A stretch of DNA of 64,000 nt, taken from NCBI GenBank assembly GCA_017618115.1, contig JAFZUX010000024.1:31924-95923 (forward strand), written 5' to 3'. The notes under the pieces are model-generated. The model had not been told where the DNA came from and made no database searches. It worked only from the letters and a program-made list of their open reading frames with translations. The position numbers and the translations under genes are program-made. Each line of letters opens with the position of its first letter. Within the stretch, counting starts at the first letter, position 1. Positions 46,720-55,623 of this stretch are shown here, piece after piece. The DNA is from Bacteroidales bacterium (lineage in GTDB: Bacteria > Bacteroidota > Bacteroidia > Bacteroidales > UBA932).

Positions 46720-47375
46720 TTCTTGCCTGTGATTTTTGCAATAAACTTGCAGAAGAGGCACTCTTTTTCCGCTCCGCAGATACGGCAGCGGCGCTTAGAG
46801 TTTTTAGGTCTGAATCCGGTGAACTCCTCCACAATCTTATCTGCCTTGGCAAATGAGTCTTCCAGTTTGTCATTTACCAGAATGGTGTCAAACTGAGGAG
46901 CGTAGGTCATCTCCTGAGCGGCCTTGGCAACTCTTGTCTGGATGGCCTGGTCCGTATCCGTTCCTCTGGCTCTCAGTCTCTGCTCCATAACCTCCAGTGA
47001 CGGCGGCTGGATAAAGACGGTGTATGATTTTTCTCCGAATATCTTTTTAATGTTAACTCCTCCCTTAACGTCTACGTCAAAGAGAATTACGTTGCCCTTG
47101 GCCCAGATTCTCTCAACCTCGCTCTTAAGCGTTCCGTAGAATGAACCGGGGTAAACCTCCTCATATTCAACAAATTCCTTGTTGGCTATTCTCTGTTTGA
47201 ACTCCTCAACGGAGAGGAAGTAGTAATCCTTGCCGTTCTCCTCCTTGCCTCTTGGTGCTCTGGATGTTGCAGAGACGGAAAACTCCAGGTTGTCAAAGTT
47301 CTCCAAAAGATGTCTTACTATTGTAGTTTTGCCGGCCCCGCTCGGAGCAGAGAATACCATTACCTTGTTCTTCAT
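46716..47375 (-). CDS. gmk: Guanylate kinase with a roughly 30-aa Cys-rich C-terminal extension
   Basis: MVFSAPSGAGKTT P-loop, ATSRAPRGKEENGKDYYF and typical Gmk core. The tail is ...RRCRICGAEKECLFCKF.... Confidence 0.9.
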   Translation of the reverse strand: MKNKVMVFSAPSGAGKTTIVRHLLENFDNLEFSVSATSRAPRGKEENGKDYYFLSVEEFKQRIANKEFVEYEEVYPGSFYGTLKSEVERIWAKGNVILFDVDVKGGVNIKKIFGEKSYTVFIQPPSLEVMEQRLRARGTDTDQAIQTRVAKAAQEMTYAPQFDTILVNDKLEDSFAKADKIVEEFTGFRPKNSKRRCRICGAEKECLFCKFIAKITGKK

Positions 47376-47507
47376 AATTACAATTTATAACTATGTGCAA
47401 AGTTAATAATAATTACTACTTTTGCGGCGGTTTTAAGGAGGGAGGGGTGTGGTTTTTTATTGAGAGTACGAAATTTTGATTATTAAAAATATATAAAAGC
47501 AATTATT

Positions 47508-48506
47508 ATGGTATCTTACAAAGAGTTAGGTCTTGTTAACACCAGAGAGATGTTTGCAAAGGCAGTAAAGGGCGGATATGCCATTCCGGCCTTCAATTTC
47601 AACAATATGGAGCAGTTGCAGGCCATTATTAAGGCTGCTGCAGAGAAGAGATCTCCTGTTATTCTTCAGGTTAGTAAGGGAGCCAGAAACTATGCAAACC
47701 AGACACTTCTGAGATATATGGCTCAGGGTGCAGTTGAGTATGCAAAGGAACTGGGTTGGGAGAATCCTCAGATTGTTCTCCATCTGGACCACGGTGATTC
47801 ATTTGAGCTTTGCAAGAGCTGCGTAGATATGGGCTTCTCATCCGTTATGATTGACGGTTCCGCTCTTCCTTATGATGAGAACGTTGCACTTACAAAGAAG
47901 GTTGTAGATTACGCTCATCAGTATGACGTAACCGTTGAGGCTGAGTTGGGAGTGCTTGCAGGCGTTGAGGATGAGGTTGCTGCAGAGGAGTCTCATTACA
48001 CTCGTCCTGAGGAGGTTATAGACTTCACAAGCAAGACCGGATGTGACTCTTTGGCTATCTCAATTGGTACTTCTCACGGTGCTTACAAATTTAAACCTGA
48101 GCAGTGCACAAGAGACCCTAAGACAGGTCTTTTGGTTCCACCTCCATTGGCATTTGACGTACTTGAGGAGATTGAGAAGAAACTCCCTGGATTCCCAATC
48201 GTACTCCACGGATCTTCTTCAGTACCACAGGAGTATGTTAAGATTATTGACGAGAACGGCGGTAAACTTCCGGATGCGGTAGGTATTCCTGAGGAGCAGC
48301 TGAGAAAGGCGGCAAAGAGTGCAGTTTGCAAGATTAACATTGACTCAGACTCACGTCTTGCTATGACCGCTATGATCCGCAAGGTATTCAATGAGAAACC
48401 TGGCGAGTTTGACCCTCGTAAATATCTGGGCCCTGCAAGAGACGAGATGCAGAAGCTTTATGAGCACAAGATTGTAAACGTACTTGGTTCAGACGGTAAG
48501 GCTTAG
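47508..48506 (+). CDS. fba: Class II fructose-1,6-bisphosphate aldolase
   Basis: AIPAFNFNNMEQ, LHLDHG and SIGTSHGAYKF motifs in 332 aa. Confidence 0.93.
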   Translation: MVSYKELGLVNTREMFAKAVKGGYAIPAFNFNNMEQLQAIIKAAAEKRSPVILQVSKGARNYANQTLLRYMAQGAVEYAKELGWENPQIVLHLDHGDSFELCKSCVDMGFSSVMIDGSALPYDENVALTKKVVDYAHQYDVTVEAELGVLAGVEDEVAAEESHYTRPEEVIDFTSKTGCDSLAISIGTSHGAYKFKPEQCTRDPKTGLLVPPPLAFDVLEEIEKKLPGFPIVLHGSSSVPQEYVKIIDENGGKLPDAVGIPEEQLRKAAKSAVCKINIDSDSRLAMTAMIRKVFNEKPGEFDPRKYLGPARDEMQKLYEHKIVNVLGSDGKA

Positions 48507-49294
48507 TGGCTGTAAAAGCAATATTTTTTGATATAGACGGAACCTTGGTTTCCTTTAAGACTCACAGAGTTACAGAGAGCAATGTGCGCGTTCTGAAGGC
48601 TCTGAGAGAAAAGGGAATCAAGGTTTTCATTTCTACCGGCCGAATGGTTAAGATGACCGGTGTTCTGGATGGGTTGCAGTTTGACGGCTACGTAGCAAAT
48701 AACGGAGCAACCTGTTATGACAAGGATAAAAAGATGCTCTTTGGAAGGAGGCTGCCTGAGAGCCAACTTGAGGCTATCTATAAACGCCTGAAAGATACTA
48801 GTTTGCCTCAATTCCCTCTCTCCTTTATGTGTTCGGATGACTACTATCTTAACCGCCAGTCTGATGTGGCTGAGGAGATTGCAAGAGTGGTAGGGGTTGC
48901 TCCTCCGGTGGTTCTGCCTTTGGAGGAGATAATTGAGAAGGATGTGTACCAGATGTGTATCTATCTGAGGGGAAGAGAATTGGATGAACTAATGAGAGAC
49001 TGGCTTACGGGCTGCACCGCCAGCGTCTGGAATCCGCTCTTTGCAGATGTGAACGAGACGGGAGTAACAAAGGCCTACGGCATAGACAAGATGCTGGAAC
49101 TCTTTAAGATAGACCTTGAAGATACGCTCTCCTTCGGAGACGGCGGGAATGACGTCCCAATGCTTGAGCATACCGGAATAAGCGTCTGCATGGGCAATGC
49201 CACAGACGATGTACGCGCCGCCTCAGACTATGTTACGGAAGATGTTGATTCTGACGGAGTTGAAAAGGCCCTGCTACGCCTCGGAATTCTGTAG
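48506..49294 (+). CDS. Cof-type HAD-IIB family hydrolase
   Basis: (M)AVKAIFFDIDGTL at the N-terminus and FGDGGNDVPM at the C-terminus. The GTG start overlaps the fba stop. Confidence 0.85.
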   Translation: MAVKAIFFDIDGTLVSFKTHRVTESNVRVLKALREKGIKVFISTGRMVKMTGVLDGLQFDGYVANNGATCYDKDKKMLFGRRLPESQLEAIYKRLKDTSLPQFPLSFMCSDDYYLNRQSDVAEEIARVVGVAPPVVLPLEEIIEKDVYQMCIYLRGRELDELMRDWLTGCTASVWNPLFADVNETGVTKAYGIDKMLELFKIDLEDTLSFGDGGNDVPMLEHTGISVCMGNATDDVRAASDYVTEDVDSDGVEKALLRLGIL

Positions 49295-49296
49295 TT

Positions 49297-50127
49297 CTAT
49301 CTGAACTGTTTGAGTATTAAGAAGGTACTCATTATCACGATTACTATTGTCACAAAGACCTTTATGAACTTCTCTCCGCCCTTTATGGAGGCGTAAGAGC
49401 CTGCCACGCCGCCGATTATGTTGCCTATGGCATAGATCAGTGCAATGGTCCAGTTAACCTGTCCGTAAATGATGAAGACCGCCAAAGCCAGTGGGGTATA
49501 GATGGTTACGGCAAACTGCTTTATGGCGTTTGAGCGAATCATATCCAGCCCCAGGAAGAAGAAACTACCGAACATAATTAGCAGTCCCACTCCGGAGTGA
49601 GTAAAGCCGCCGTAAACTCCTATGACGGTAAATATCAGGAAGATGAGAAGGTTTGAATTCTTTGATTCCGTGTTGATTCTGGCAAAACGGCTCTTGTCTA
49701 TGAAAAGGAGCAGGCAAATTATCGGGAGGAGGATAGCCATAACTATCTCAATCACTTTTACTTTCAGCACGGCGGCCAAAAGTGCTCCAAAGATGGCACC
49801 CAGCCCTACGGGTATGCCCACCTTCCAGCCGGTCTTGACATTGAGGTAGCCCTTTTTCTTAAAGATGGCGCTTGTTGTAATGAACTGAAGCAGAACGCCT
49901 ACGCGGGTTGTACCGTTGGCTACGTTAATAGGCAGACCCATCATCATAAAGAGGCCGTAGGAGAGGGCGGTTGCCATTCCAGCAATGGTGTTTATGAAGC
50001 CCACAAAAATGCCCACGGAGATGAGCAGGATTATCATCCTGTAGTCCGTTACGGGAGTGGTGGCAAGAAATGTCTGAATCTGCTCAATCATTGTTGTGGG
50101 TGTCAAATCGTCAACAAATGTAGCCAT
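49297..50127 (-). CDS. TauE/SafE family sulfite/anion exporter
   Basis: 276 aa polytopic membrane protein with the two-repeat TauE-like architecture. Confidence 0.8.
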   Translation of the reverse strand: MATFVDDLTPTTMIEQIQTFLATTPVTDYRMIILLISVGIFVGFINTIAGMATALSYGLFMMMGLPINVANGTTRVGVLLQFITTSAIFKKKGYLNVKTGWKVGIPVGLGAIFGALLAAVLKVKVIEIVMAILLPIICLLLFIDKSRFARINTESKNSNLLIFLIFTVIGVYGGFTHSGVGLLIMFGSFFFLGLDMIRSNAIKQFAVTIYTPLALAVFIIYGQVNWTIALIYAIGNIIGGVAGSYASIKGGEKFIKVFVTIVIVIMSTFLILKQFR

Positions 50128-50222
50128 TATTGTTAATCTATGACAAATTGTCCTCTCCCAATATATAAGTGTGGGAGTGGCAAAAGATTTGTCCTATCTT
50201 TGGGCGTTCAAAAATTAGGATT

Positions 50223-50825
50223 ATGTCACATAAAAATAAGAAGAAAATGACCTCCGAGGAGGTTGTAGAAGAAAACAAGACTGTTGCAGAGCAGGAAGAG
50301 TCTGCTGCAAAGGAGGCCGAAAGCGCAGAAGAGAGTGCAGAGAATACCCTTCAAAAGGCTGTAGATGAGCTTAAAGCTGCCTTGGATACTCAGAAGGAGG
50401 CGGTAGAGGCTCAGAAGAAGGAGTATCATTATCTGATGGCAGAGTTTGACAATTTCCGCCGCCGTTCCGCACAGGAGAAGTTGGAACTGGTAGATACTGC
50501 CGCCAAGGGGGTTATCAAGGATCTGCTTCCGGTTGTGGATGACTTTGAGAGAGCTTTGGAGGCTCTTTCCAAGGCTGAGGGAAGCGAGGCTGCAAAAGAG
50601 GGTACGGAACTCATTTACAAGAAGTTGGTGGGCACTCTCAAGTCTAAGGGACTGGAGGAGATAGAGGCTGTAGGTAAGGAGTTTGATACGGACGAACACG
50701 AGGCGGTTGCACAGATTCCGGCTCCTGAGGAGAAGCTCAAAGGCAAGGTAGTTGAGGTTGTGCAGAAGGGTTACAAGCTGGGCGGCAAGGTTATCCGTTT
50801 TGCAAAAGTTGTTATTGGAATTTAA
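50223..50825 (+). CDS. grpE: Nucleotide exchange factor GrpE
   Basis: An acidic coiled N-terminus, then EFDNFRRR, LLPVVDDFERAL and the C-terminal beta domain. ATG at 50223. Confidence 0.9.
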   Translation: MSHKNKKKMTSEEVVEENKTVAEQEESAAKEAESAEESAENTLQKAVDELKAALDTQKEAVEAQKKEYHYLMAEFDNFRRRSAQEKLELVDTAAKGVIKDLLPVVDDFERALEALSKAEGSEAAKEGTELIYKKLVGTLKSKGLEEIEAVGKEFDTDEHEAVAQIPAPEEKLKGKVVEVVQKGYKLGGKVIRFAKVVIGI

Positions 50826-50837
50826 TCGGGGATAAAG

Positions 50838-52016
50838 ATGGCAGAAAAAAGAGATTATTACGAGGTGTTGGGCGTCTCCAAAGACGCTTCTGCTGAGGAT
50901 ATTAAGAAGGCGTACCGTAAACTTGCGCTTCAGTATCATCCGGACCGTAATCCGGGAAACAAAGAGGCTGAGGAGAAGTTTAAGGAGGCGGCGGAGGCAT
51001 ACGACGTGCTCTCAGATGATGCAAAGAGAAAGCGTTATGACCAGTTTGGCTTTGCAGCTGAAGGTGCAGGCGGATTCGGCGGAGGACAGGGCTTCTCTGT
51101 AGAGGATATCTTCCGCAACTTTGGAGATATATTCGGAGGCAGATTCGGCGGCGGTGGCGGATTCGGAGATATATTCGGAGATATGTTCGGCGGAGGCGGC
51201 TCCGGCGGTGGAAGACGTGTGGAGCGTGGCAGCGATATCCGTATCCGTATGAAGCTGACACTGGAGGAGATAATGACCGGTGTGGAGAAGAGAGTTAAGG
51301 TGACAAAACTGGTTGCCTGCCCGGATTGCGGCGGTAAAGGTGCTGCCAGTGAGGCGGATATAAAGACCTGCCCGGATTGTAAGGGAACAGGATATGTTGT
51401 CCGTACTGCCCGTTCAATCTTTGGAATTACCCAGACACAGTCTCCTTGTCCTCGCTGTAACGGAACCGGTAAGGTGATTGAAAAACCTTGCCGTAAATGC
51501 GGCGGAAGCGGACTTGTTAAAGCGCCGGAAGAGATTGTATTTAAGGTTCCTGCAGGCGTTGCTCAGGGTATGACTCTTACCGTTCAGGGCAAGGGAAATG
51601 CAGCCCGCAACGGAGGCATAAACGGAGACCTCTTTGTTGCCATTGAGGAGGAACCTCACAAAGATTTTGAGAGAGACGGTAATGACTTGATATATCCGCT
51701 CTTTATAAGTATTCCGGATGCAATTAACGGCTGCGAGGCGGAGATTCCGGCAGTAACCGGCAAACTCAAGATAAAGATTCCGGCCGGAACTCAGAGCGGT
51801 ACAGACCTAAGAATCAGAGGAAAAGGAGTGCCTGACGTTAACGGTTACGGAAAGGGAGACCTCCACGTCTATGTTCAGGTGTGGATTCCAACCAAACTCA
51901 CTGCTGAGGAGAAGGCGCTGGTGGAGAAACTCAAAGGGTATCCGTCCTTTACTCCAATCCCGTCAAAGTCTGACCGTCAGAGTTTTATAGATAAGATAAA
52001 GAGGTTCTTCAGGTAA
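50838..52016 (+). CDS. dnaJ: Molecular chaperone DnaJ
   Basis: A J domain (DYYEVLGV...HPDRNPG), a Gly/Phe-rich linker and four CxxCxGxG zinc-finger repeats. Confidence 0.95.
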   Translation: MAEKRDYYEVLGVSKDASAEDIKKAYRKLALQYHPDRNPGNKEAEEKFKEAAEAYDVLSDDAKRKRYDQFGFAAEGAGGFGGGQGFSVEDIFRNFGDIFGGRFGGGGGFGDIFGDMFGGGGSGGGRRVERGSDIRIRMKLTLEEIMTGVEKRVKVTKLVACPDCGGKGAASEADIKTCPDCKGTGYVVRTARSIFGITQTQSPCPRCNGTGKVIEKPCRKCGGSGLVKAPEEIVFKVPAGVAQGMTLTVQGKGNAARNGGINGDLFVAIEEEPHKDFERDGNDLIYPLFISIPDAINGCEAEIPAVTGKLKIKIPAGTQSGTDLRIRGKGVPDVNGYGKGDLHVYVQVWIPTKLTAEEKALVEKLKGYPSFTPIPSKSDRQSFIDKIKRFFR

Positions 52017-52020
52017 TTGT

Positions 52021-53730
52021 ATGAGAGTCGCTCTTTTTGCTTTTTGTACACTCTTTTCATCTTTACTCTATTCCCAAAACCTCTCCCGGCAGAGGGAGGC
52101 CGTTTCCTCTTTTGTTCTCCCGATAGAATCTTACAACGGCTTTGCCGGGACCTACGGGGAACTGAGAGGCAACCACTTCCACTGCGGTCTGGATATGAGA
52201 ACCGCAGGTGTAACCGGTAAGAAAATCTTTGCTGCAGATGACGGATATGTCTCACGCATAACGGTTTCCGCCTGGGGATTCGGCAATATGATTGAAGTTA
52301 CGCACCCCTCCGGCTACAGAACAATTTACGGCCACCTTCTGCGTTTTGCCCCTAAGTATCAGAAACTTGTAAGAGATAAACAATATAAGGAGAAGAGCTG
52401 GAACCAGGCCATTGATTTTCCTAAAGATTCACTTTTGGTAAAGCGCGGAGAACTGATTGCTTACTCCGGAAACAGCGGCTCCTCCGGCGGTCCGCATCTT
52501 CACTTTGAAGTCCTGGATGAGGAGGGAACTCCGGTAAACCTGCAACTTACAGATATTTACAACCTCTCGGATAAAACCTCTCCGCTAATAAGAGATGTCC
52601 GTTTTGTGGGGTGCGCCACTCTTTACGGAGCGCTCTACACATACCCGGTTCCTACGGCCAAAGATAGCGTCACTGCGGTTCCTCGTTCATTCTATGTTGC
52701 AGTGGATGCATACGATCTTATGGAGGGAACCAACGGAAAACTAGCGGTTTACAAATATGAGGTTCTGTTGGACAGCACTTTGGTTTTCTCATTTACGGAG
52801 GGCAATATTCCATATTCAACGGGCCGTTACATTGCTTCACTTTTGGATACTCCTCTCAGAAGAAGCACCTCCCGTTACTACGTTAAGACTCAGGTAGATC
52901 CAGCCAATAAGCTTTCAGATAGGATAACCGCTGAGAATGACGGAGTTATTACGCTGCAAGATACCTTAGCACATACTGTTACCGTTAAGGTTTCTGATGT
53001 TTACGGGAATCTTACCTCTGCGGATTATACCGTAAAAAGAGTTGACTCGCTCTTTACATCCGCCGTTCCTTTTGCCCCTAAGGGTGAGTTTATGAGATGG
53101 AATACGGAGAATGTATATTCATTTGAAGATCTGAAGGTTAAGATACCTGAAGGGGCACTCTACAGAGACGGTTACATAGAGATTGTTAAGGAGAAAGAGC
53201 TCTACAAAAGTTCTGCAGATATTCCTGCAATGAGCGCTCTTTGGAAGATTGGAGATGAGAACGTTCCGCTCCATAAATCTATGGAGATAGAGATGAAAGC
53301 CTCTGTGCCTGTGGGTATTAAGGACAAGGTGCTTCTGGCAAGAGTTGGAAGAAACGGCTCTCTTTCTGGCGTGGGCGGCAGTTACAATGCCCTTACCGGA
53401 ATTCTGACCGCAAAGGTGGGCGGCTTTGGAAAGTACTGTGTTACAGCAGATATCATCCCTCCGGAGGTAACGGTAAGAGTGAAAGAGGGGGCCCTGGTTA
53501 AGGGTTCTTCCATAAAGATTACAATCAAGGATAAACTGTCCGGTATAGATAGTTTCAGTTGTGAGATAGACGGCCATTGGGTTGTGGCTGAGCATGATGG
53601 AAAGACAATCACACTGGAGATTCCTCTCTATGACGCCCATCTTTCCAAGGGAAGAATGCATCATCTGACGGTAACCGTTAAGGATAACGTTGGAAACAAG
53701 CAGGTTGTAAAGCGCAGTTTTAAGTGGTAA
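52021..53730 (+). CDS. M23 family metallopeptidase with a long C-terminal extension
   Basis: The HFHCGLDM and GGPHLHFEV motifs of LytM/M23 peptidases in 569 aa. Confidence 0.8.
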   Translation: MRVALFAFCTLFSSLLYSQNLSRQREAVSSFVLPIESYNGFAGTYGELRGNHFHCGLDMRTAGVTGKKIFAADDGYVSRITVSAWGFGNMIEVTHPSGYRTIYGHLLRFAPKYQKLVRDKQYKEKSWNQAIDFPKDSLLVKRGELIAYSGNSGSSGGPHLHFEVLDEEGTPVNLQLTDIYNLSDKTSPLIRDVRFVGCATLYGALYTYPVPTAKDSVTAVPRSFYVAVDAYDLMEGTNGKLAVYKYEVLLDSTLVFSFTEGNIPYSTGRYIASLLDTPLRRSTSRYYVKTQVDPANKLSDRITAENDGVITLQDTLAHTVTVKVSDVYGNLTSADYTVKRVDSLFTSAVPFAPKGEFMRWNTENVYSFEDLKVKIPEGALYRDGYIEIVKEKELYKSSADIPAMSALWKIGDENVPLHKSMEIEMKASVPVGIKDKVLLARVGRNGSLSGVGGSYNALTGILTAKVGGFGKYCVTADIIPPEVTVRVKEGALVKGSSIKITIKDKLSGIDSFSCEIDGHWVVAEHDGKTITLEIPLYDAHLSKGRMHHLTVTVKDNVGNKQVVKRSFKW

Positions 53731-53742
53731 AAGTATCTGATT

Positions 53743-54903
53743 ATGAAAAGGATATACGATTTTGAAAACGGAGTGGGCATCATTGGCCTTATGAGCGGAA
53801 CCTCTCTGGACGGACTTGATATCTGTCACGCTCGTTTTTTCTTCAAAGAGGGGAAGTGGAGTTATGAGACCTTAAACGCTGAAGATGAGCCGTTTCCCGC
53901 AGAACTCAAAGAGCGCCTTGCCAGGGCTCAGAAGATGACGGCTGAGGAGTATGCGCTGCTCCATTCAGACTACGGCAGATTCCTGGGAGAGAGGGTTAAG
54001 GCCTTTATGGAGCGCCACTCGCTGATTCCCGTAACAGGCATCTGCTCAGACAGTAAGAGAGAGGTCTCCATCATAGCCTCTCACGGTCAGACCGTCTTCC
54101 ACCAGCCTAACCTCTTCTTTACGGGGCAGATAGGGTGCGGCGCGGCCATTGCAGCCCTTACCGGAGTTGATGCCGTGTGTGACTTCAGAACAACGGATGT
54201 GGCACTCGGAGGACAGGGGGCTCCTCTTGTCCCGATAGGTGACCGTCACCTCTTTGGCTCGTATGACTACTGCCTAAACATCGGCGGCTTTTCCAACATC
54301 TCCTGCGAGGGACTCCTCAACGGAAAGAGCGCCCGTCTGGCTCACGATATTTCCCCTGTAAACTACGTTTTAAACCACTATACCAGGCAGATAGGGCTGG
54401 ATTATGATAAGGACGGAGAGATGGCAAAAAGCGGCACTATCCATCGCGATTTGCTATCTAAACTCAACGCTCTTCCTTTCTATTCCCAGGACGGCCCTAA
54501 ATCTCTTGGCAGAGAGTGGGTGGAGAAGGAGGTTATTCCGCTTATAGACAGCACTTTGAACGAGAAGGGAATGCCGCTCACTATGGCAGACAAACTGGCC
54601 ACCTTTACCGAGCATGCGGCTTATCAGATATCTCTCAACACCAAGCAGATAGGGGCCAACACCCCTAAGGTTCTGGTTACCGGCGGCGGTGCCTTTAACA
54701 AGTACCTGATGGAGAGAATCCGTTTTAACGCACCCGGTTGCACCTTCATTGTGCCGGACTCCCTTACCGTAAAGTTTAAGGAGGCGCTTATATTTGCCTT
54801 CCTTGGAGCACTTTACATAGCAGATCAGCCTAACTGTATGAGTAGCGTTACCGGTGCCGCTTATGATTGTATAGGAGGAGCTATGTACAAGGCAGGAAAA
54901 TAG
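53743..54903 (+). CDS. anmK: Anhydro-N-acetylmuramic acid kinase
   Basis: GLMSGTSLDGLD at the N-terminus, then NIGGFSN and TGGGAFN motifs. Confidence 0.9.
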   Translation: MKRIYDFENGVGIIGLMSGTSLDGLDICHARFFFKEGKWSYETLNAEDEPFPAELKERLARAQKMTAEEYALLHSDYGRFLGERVKAFMERHSLIPVTGICSDSKREVSIIASHGQTVFHQPNLFFTGQIGCGAAIAALTGVDAVCDFRTTDVALGGQGAPLVPIGDRHLFGSYDYCLNIGGFSNISCEGLLNGKSARLAHDISPVNYVLNHYTRQIGLDYDKDGEMAKSGTIHRDLLSKLNALPFYSQDGPKSLGREWVEKEVIPLIDSTLNEKGMPLTMADKLATFTEHAAYQISLNTKQIGANTPKVLVTGGGAFNKYLMERIRFNAPGCTFIVPDSLTVKFKEALIFAFLGALYIADQPNCMSSVTGAAYDCIGGAMYKAGK

Positions 54904-54915
54904 TTGGGCGCTAAT

Positions 54916-54946
54916 TTTGGAAGTTTGGAAATAATTTCTATTTTTG
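54916..54946 (+). promoter_or_regulatory. Putative Bacteroidota sigma-A promoter for rplS (TTTG -33, 19-nt spacer, TATTTTTG -7)
   Basis: TTTG at 54916-54919 and TATTTTTG at 54939-54946. This leaves a leader of roughly 105 nt before the rplS ATG. Confidence 0.4.
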
Positions 54947-55058
54947 CAGTCCCAAAACCGAAGGCAACCTCTTGTATAGGCCAAGGCGGCCGTAAGACAC
55001 TGAGAAATTGATTGGTAGTGCTTTTGGTACAATGTTGCTGAATTAAAATTAGAGAGAA

Positions 55059-55442
55059 ATGGATTTAATTAAAGTAGCTCAGCAGGCTTTTGCCGGAGAG
55101 CAGAAAGAATTTCCTGCATTTAAGGCAGGTGACACAATTACAGTCACTTACAAGATTAAAGAGGGTGACAAGGAGAGACTCCAGAACTTTAAAGGCGTTT
55201 GCATTCAAAGACGTGGAGAGGGTGCTACTCAGACATTCACCGTAAGAAAGATTTCCAACGGTGTAGGCGTTGAGAGAATTTTCCCTTTGTTCTCACCTTT
55301 CATAGATAAGATCTCTGTAGATAAGGTTGGTAAGGTAAGAAGAGCTAGAATCTTCTATCTGCGTGACCTCACCGGTAAGAAAGCCCGCATTAGAGAGAAG
55401 AGTTTCGCTCGCGGAGCTGAGGCTAAAACTGAGGCTGAGTAA
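55059..55442 (+). CDS. rplS: 50S ribosomal protein L19
   Basis: [33 protein letters not shown]...[19 protein letters not shown] is the canonical bL19 sequence. Confidence 0.95.
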   Translation: MDLIKVAQQAFAGEQKEFPAFKAGDTITVTYKIKEGDKERLQNFKGVCIQRRGEGATQTFTVRKISNGVGVERIFPLFSPFIDKISVDKVGKVRRARIFYLRDLTGKKARIREKSFARGAEAKTEAE

Positions 55443-55460
55443 TCAGTTCCCTCTATATCT

Positions 55461-55534
55461 GGCTCCGTAGCTCAATTGAATAGAGCATCTGACTACGGAT
55501 CAGAAGGTTGCAGGTTTGAGCCCTGCCGGAGTCA
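55461..55534 (+). tRNA. tRNA-Arg (anticodon ACG)
   Basis: GGCTCCG-TA-GCTC...GAGC-A-TCTGA-CTACGGA-TCAGA-AGGTT-GCAGG-TTTGAGC-CCTGC-CGGAGTC-A folds as a cloverleaf. Confidence 0.9.
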
Positions 55535-55576
55535 CAAAAAAAGAGAAGACCATTTGGTCTTCTCTTTTTTTGTGAC
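55531..55576. terminator. Long perfect palindrome / bidirectional terminator after tRNA-Arg
   Basis: GTCACAAAAAAAGAGAAGACC-ATTT-GGTCTTCTCTTTTTTTGTGAC forms a 21-bp perfect stem. Its first 4 nt are the tRNA 3' end. Confidence 0.7.
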
Positions 55577-55623
55577 TTGTTACAATTTAAATTACCTTTA
55601 ATCTCTAAAATAAAAATAGGGGT

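Noticed and set aside
47430-47475. G-rich run GGAGGGAGGGGTGTGG followed by T6 in the fba leader, considered as a G4 or terminator
   Set aside because: There is no complementary arm for a hairpin and only weak, short G-tracts. I could not support a specific structure.
50226-50939. 237-aa minus-strand ORF
   Set aside because: It is antisense to grpE and to the dnaJ start. Its Leu-rich low complexity mirrors the Glu/Lys-rich GrpE N-terminus.
53119-55032. Minus-strand ORFs 53119-53829 and 54454-55032
   Set aside because: They are antisense to the M23 peptidase and anmK genes and have no motifs. The second also runs across the rplS promoter region.
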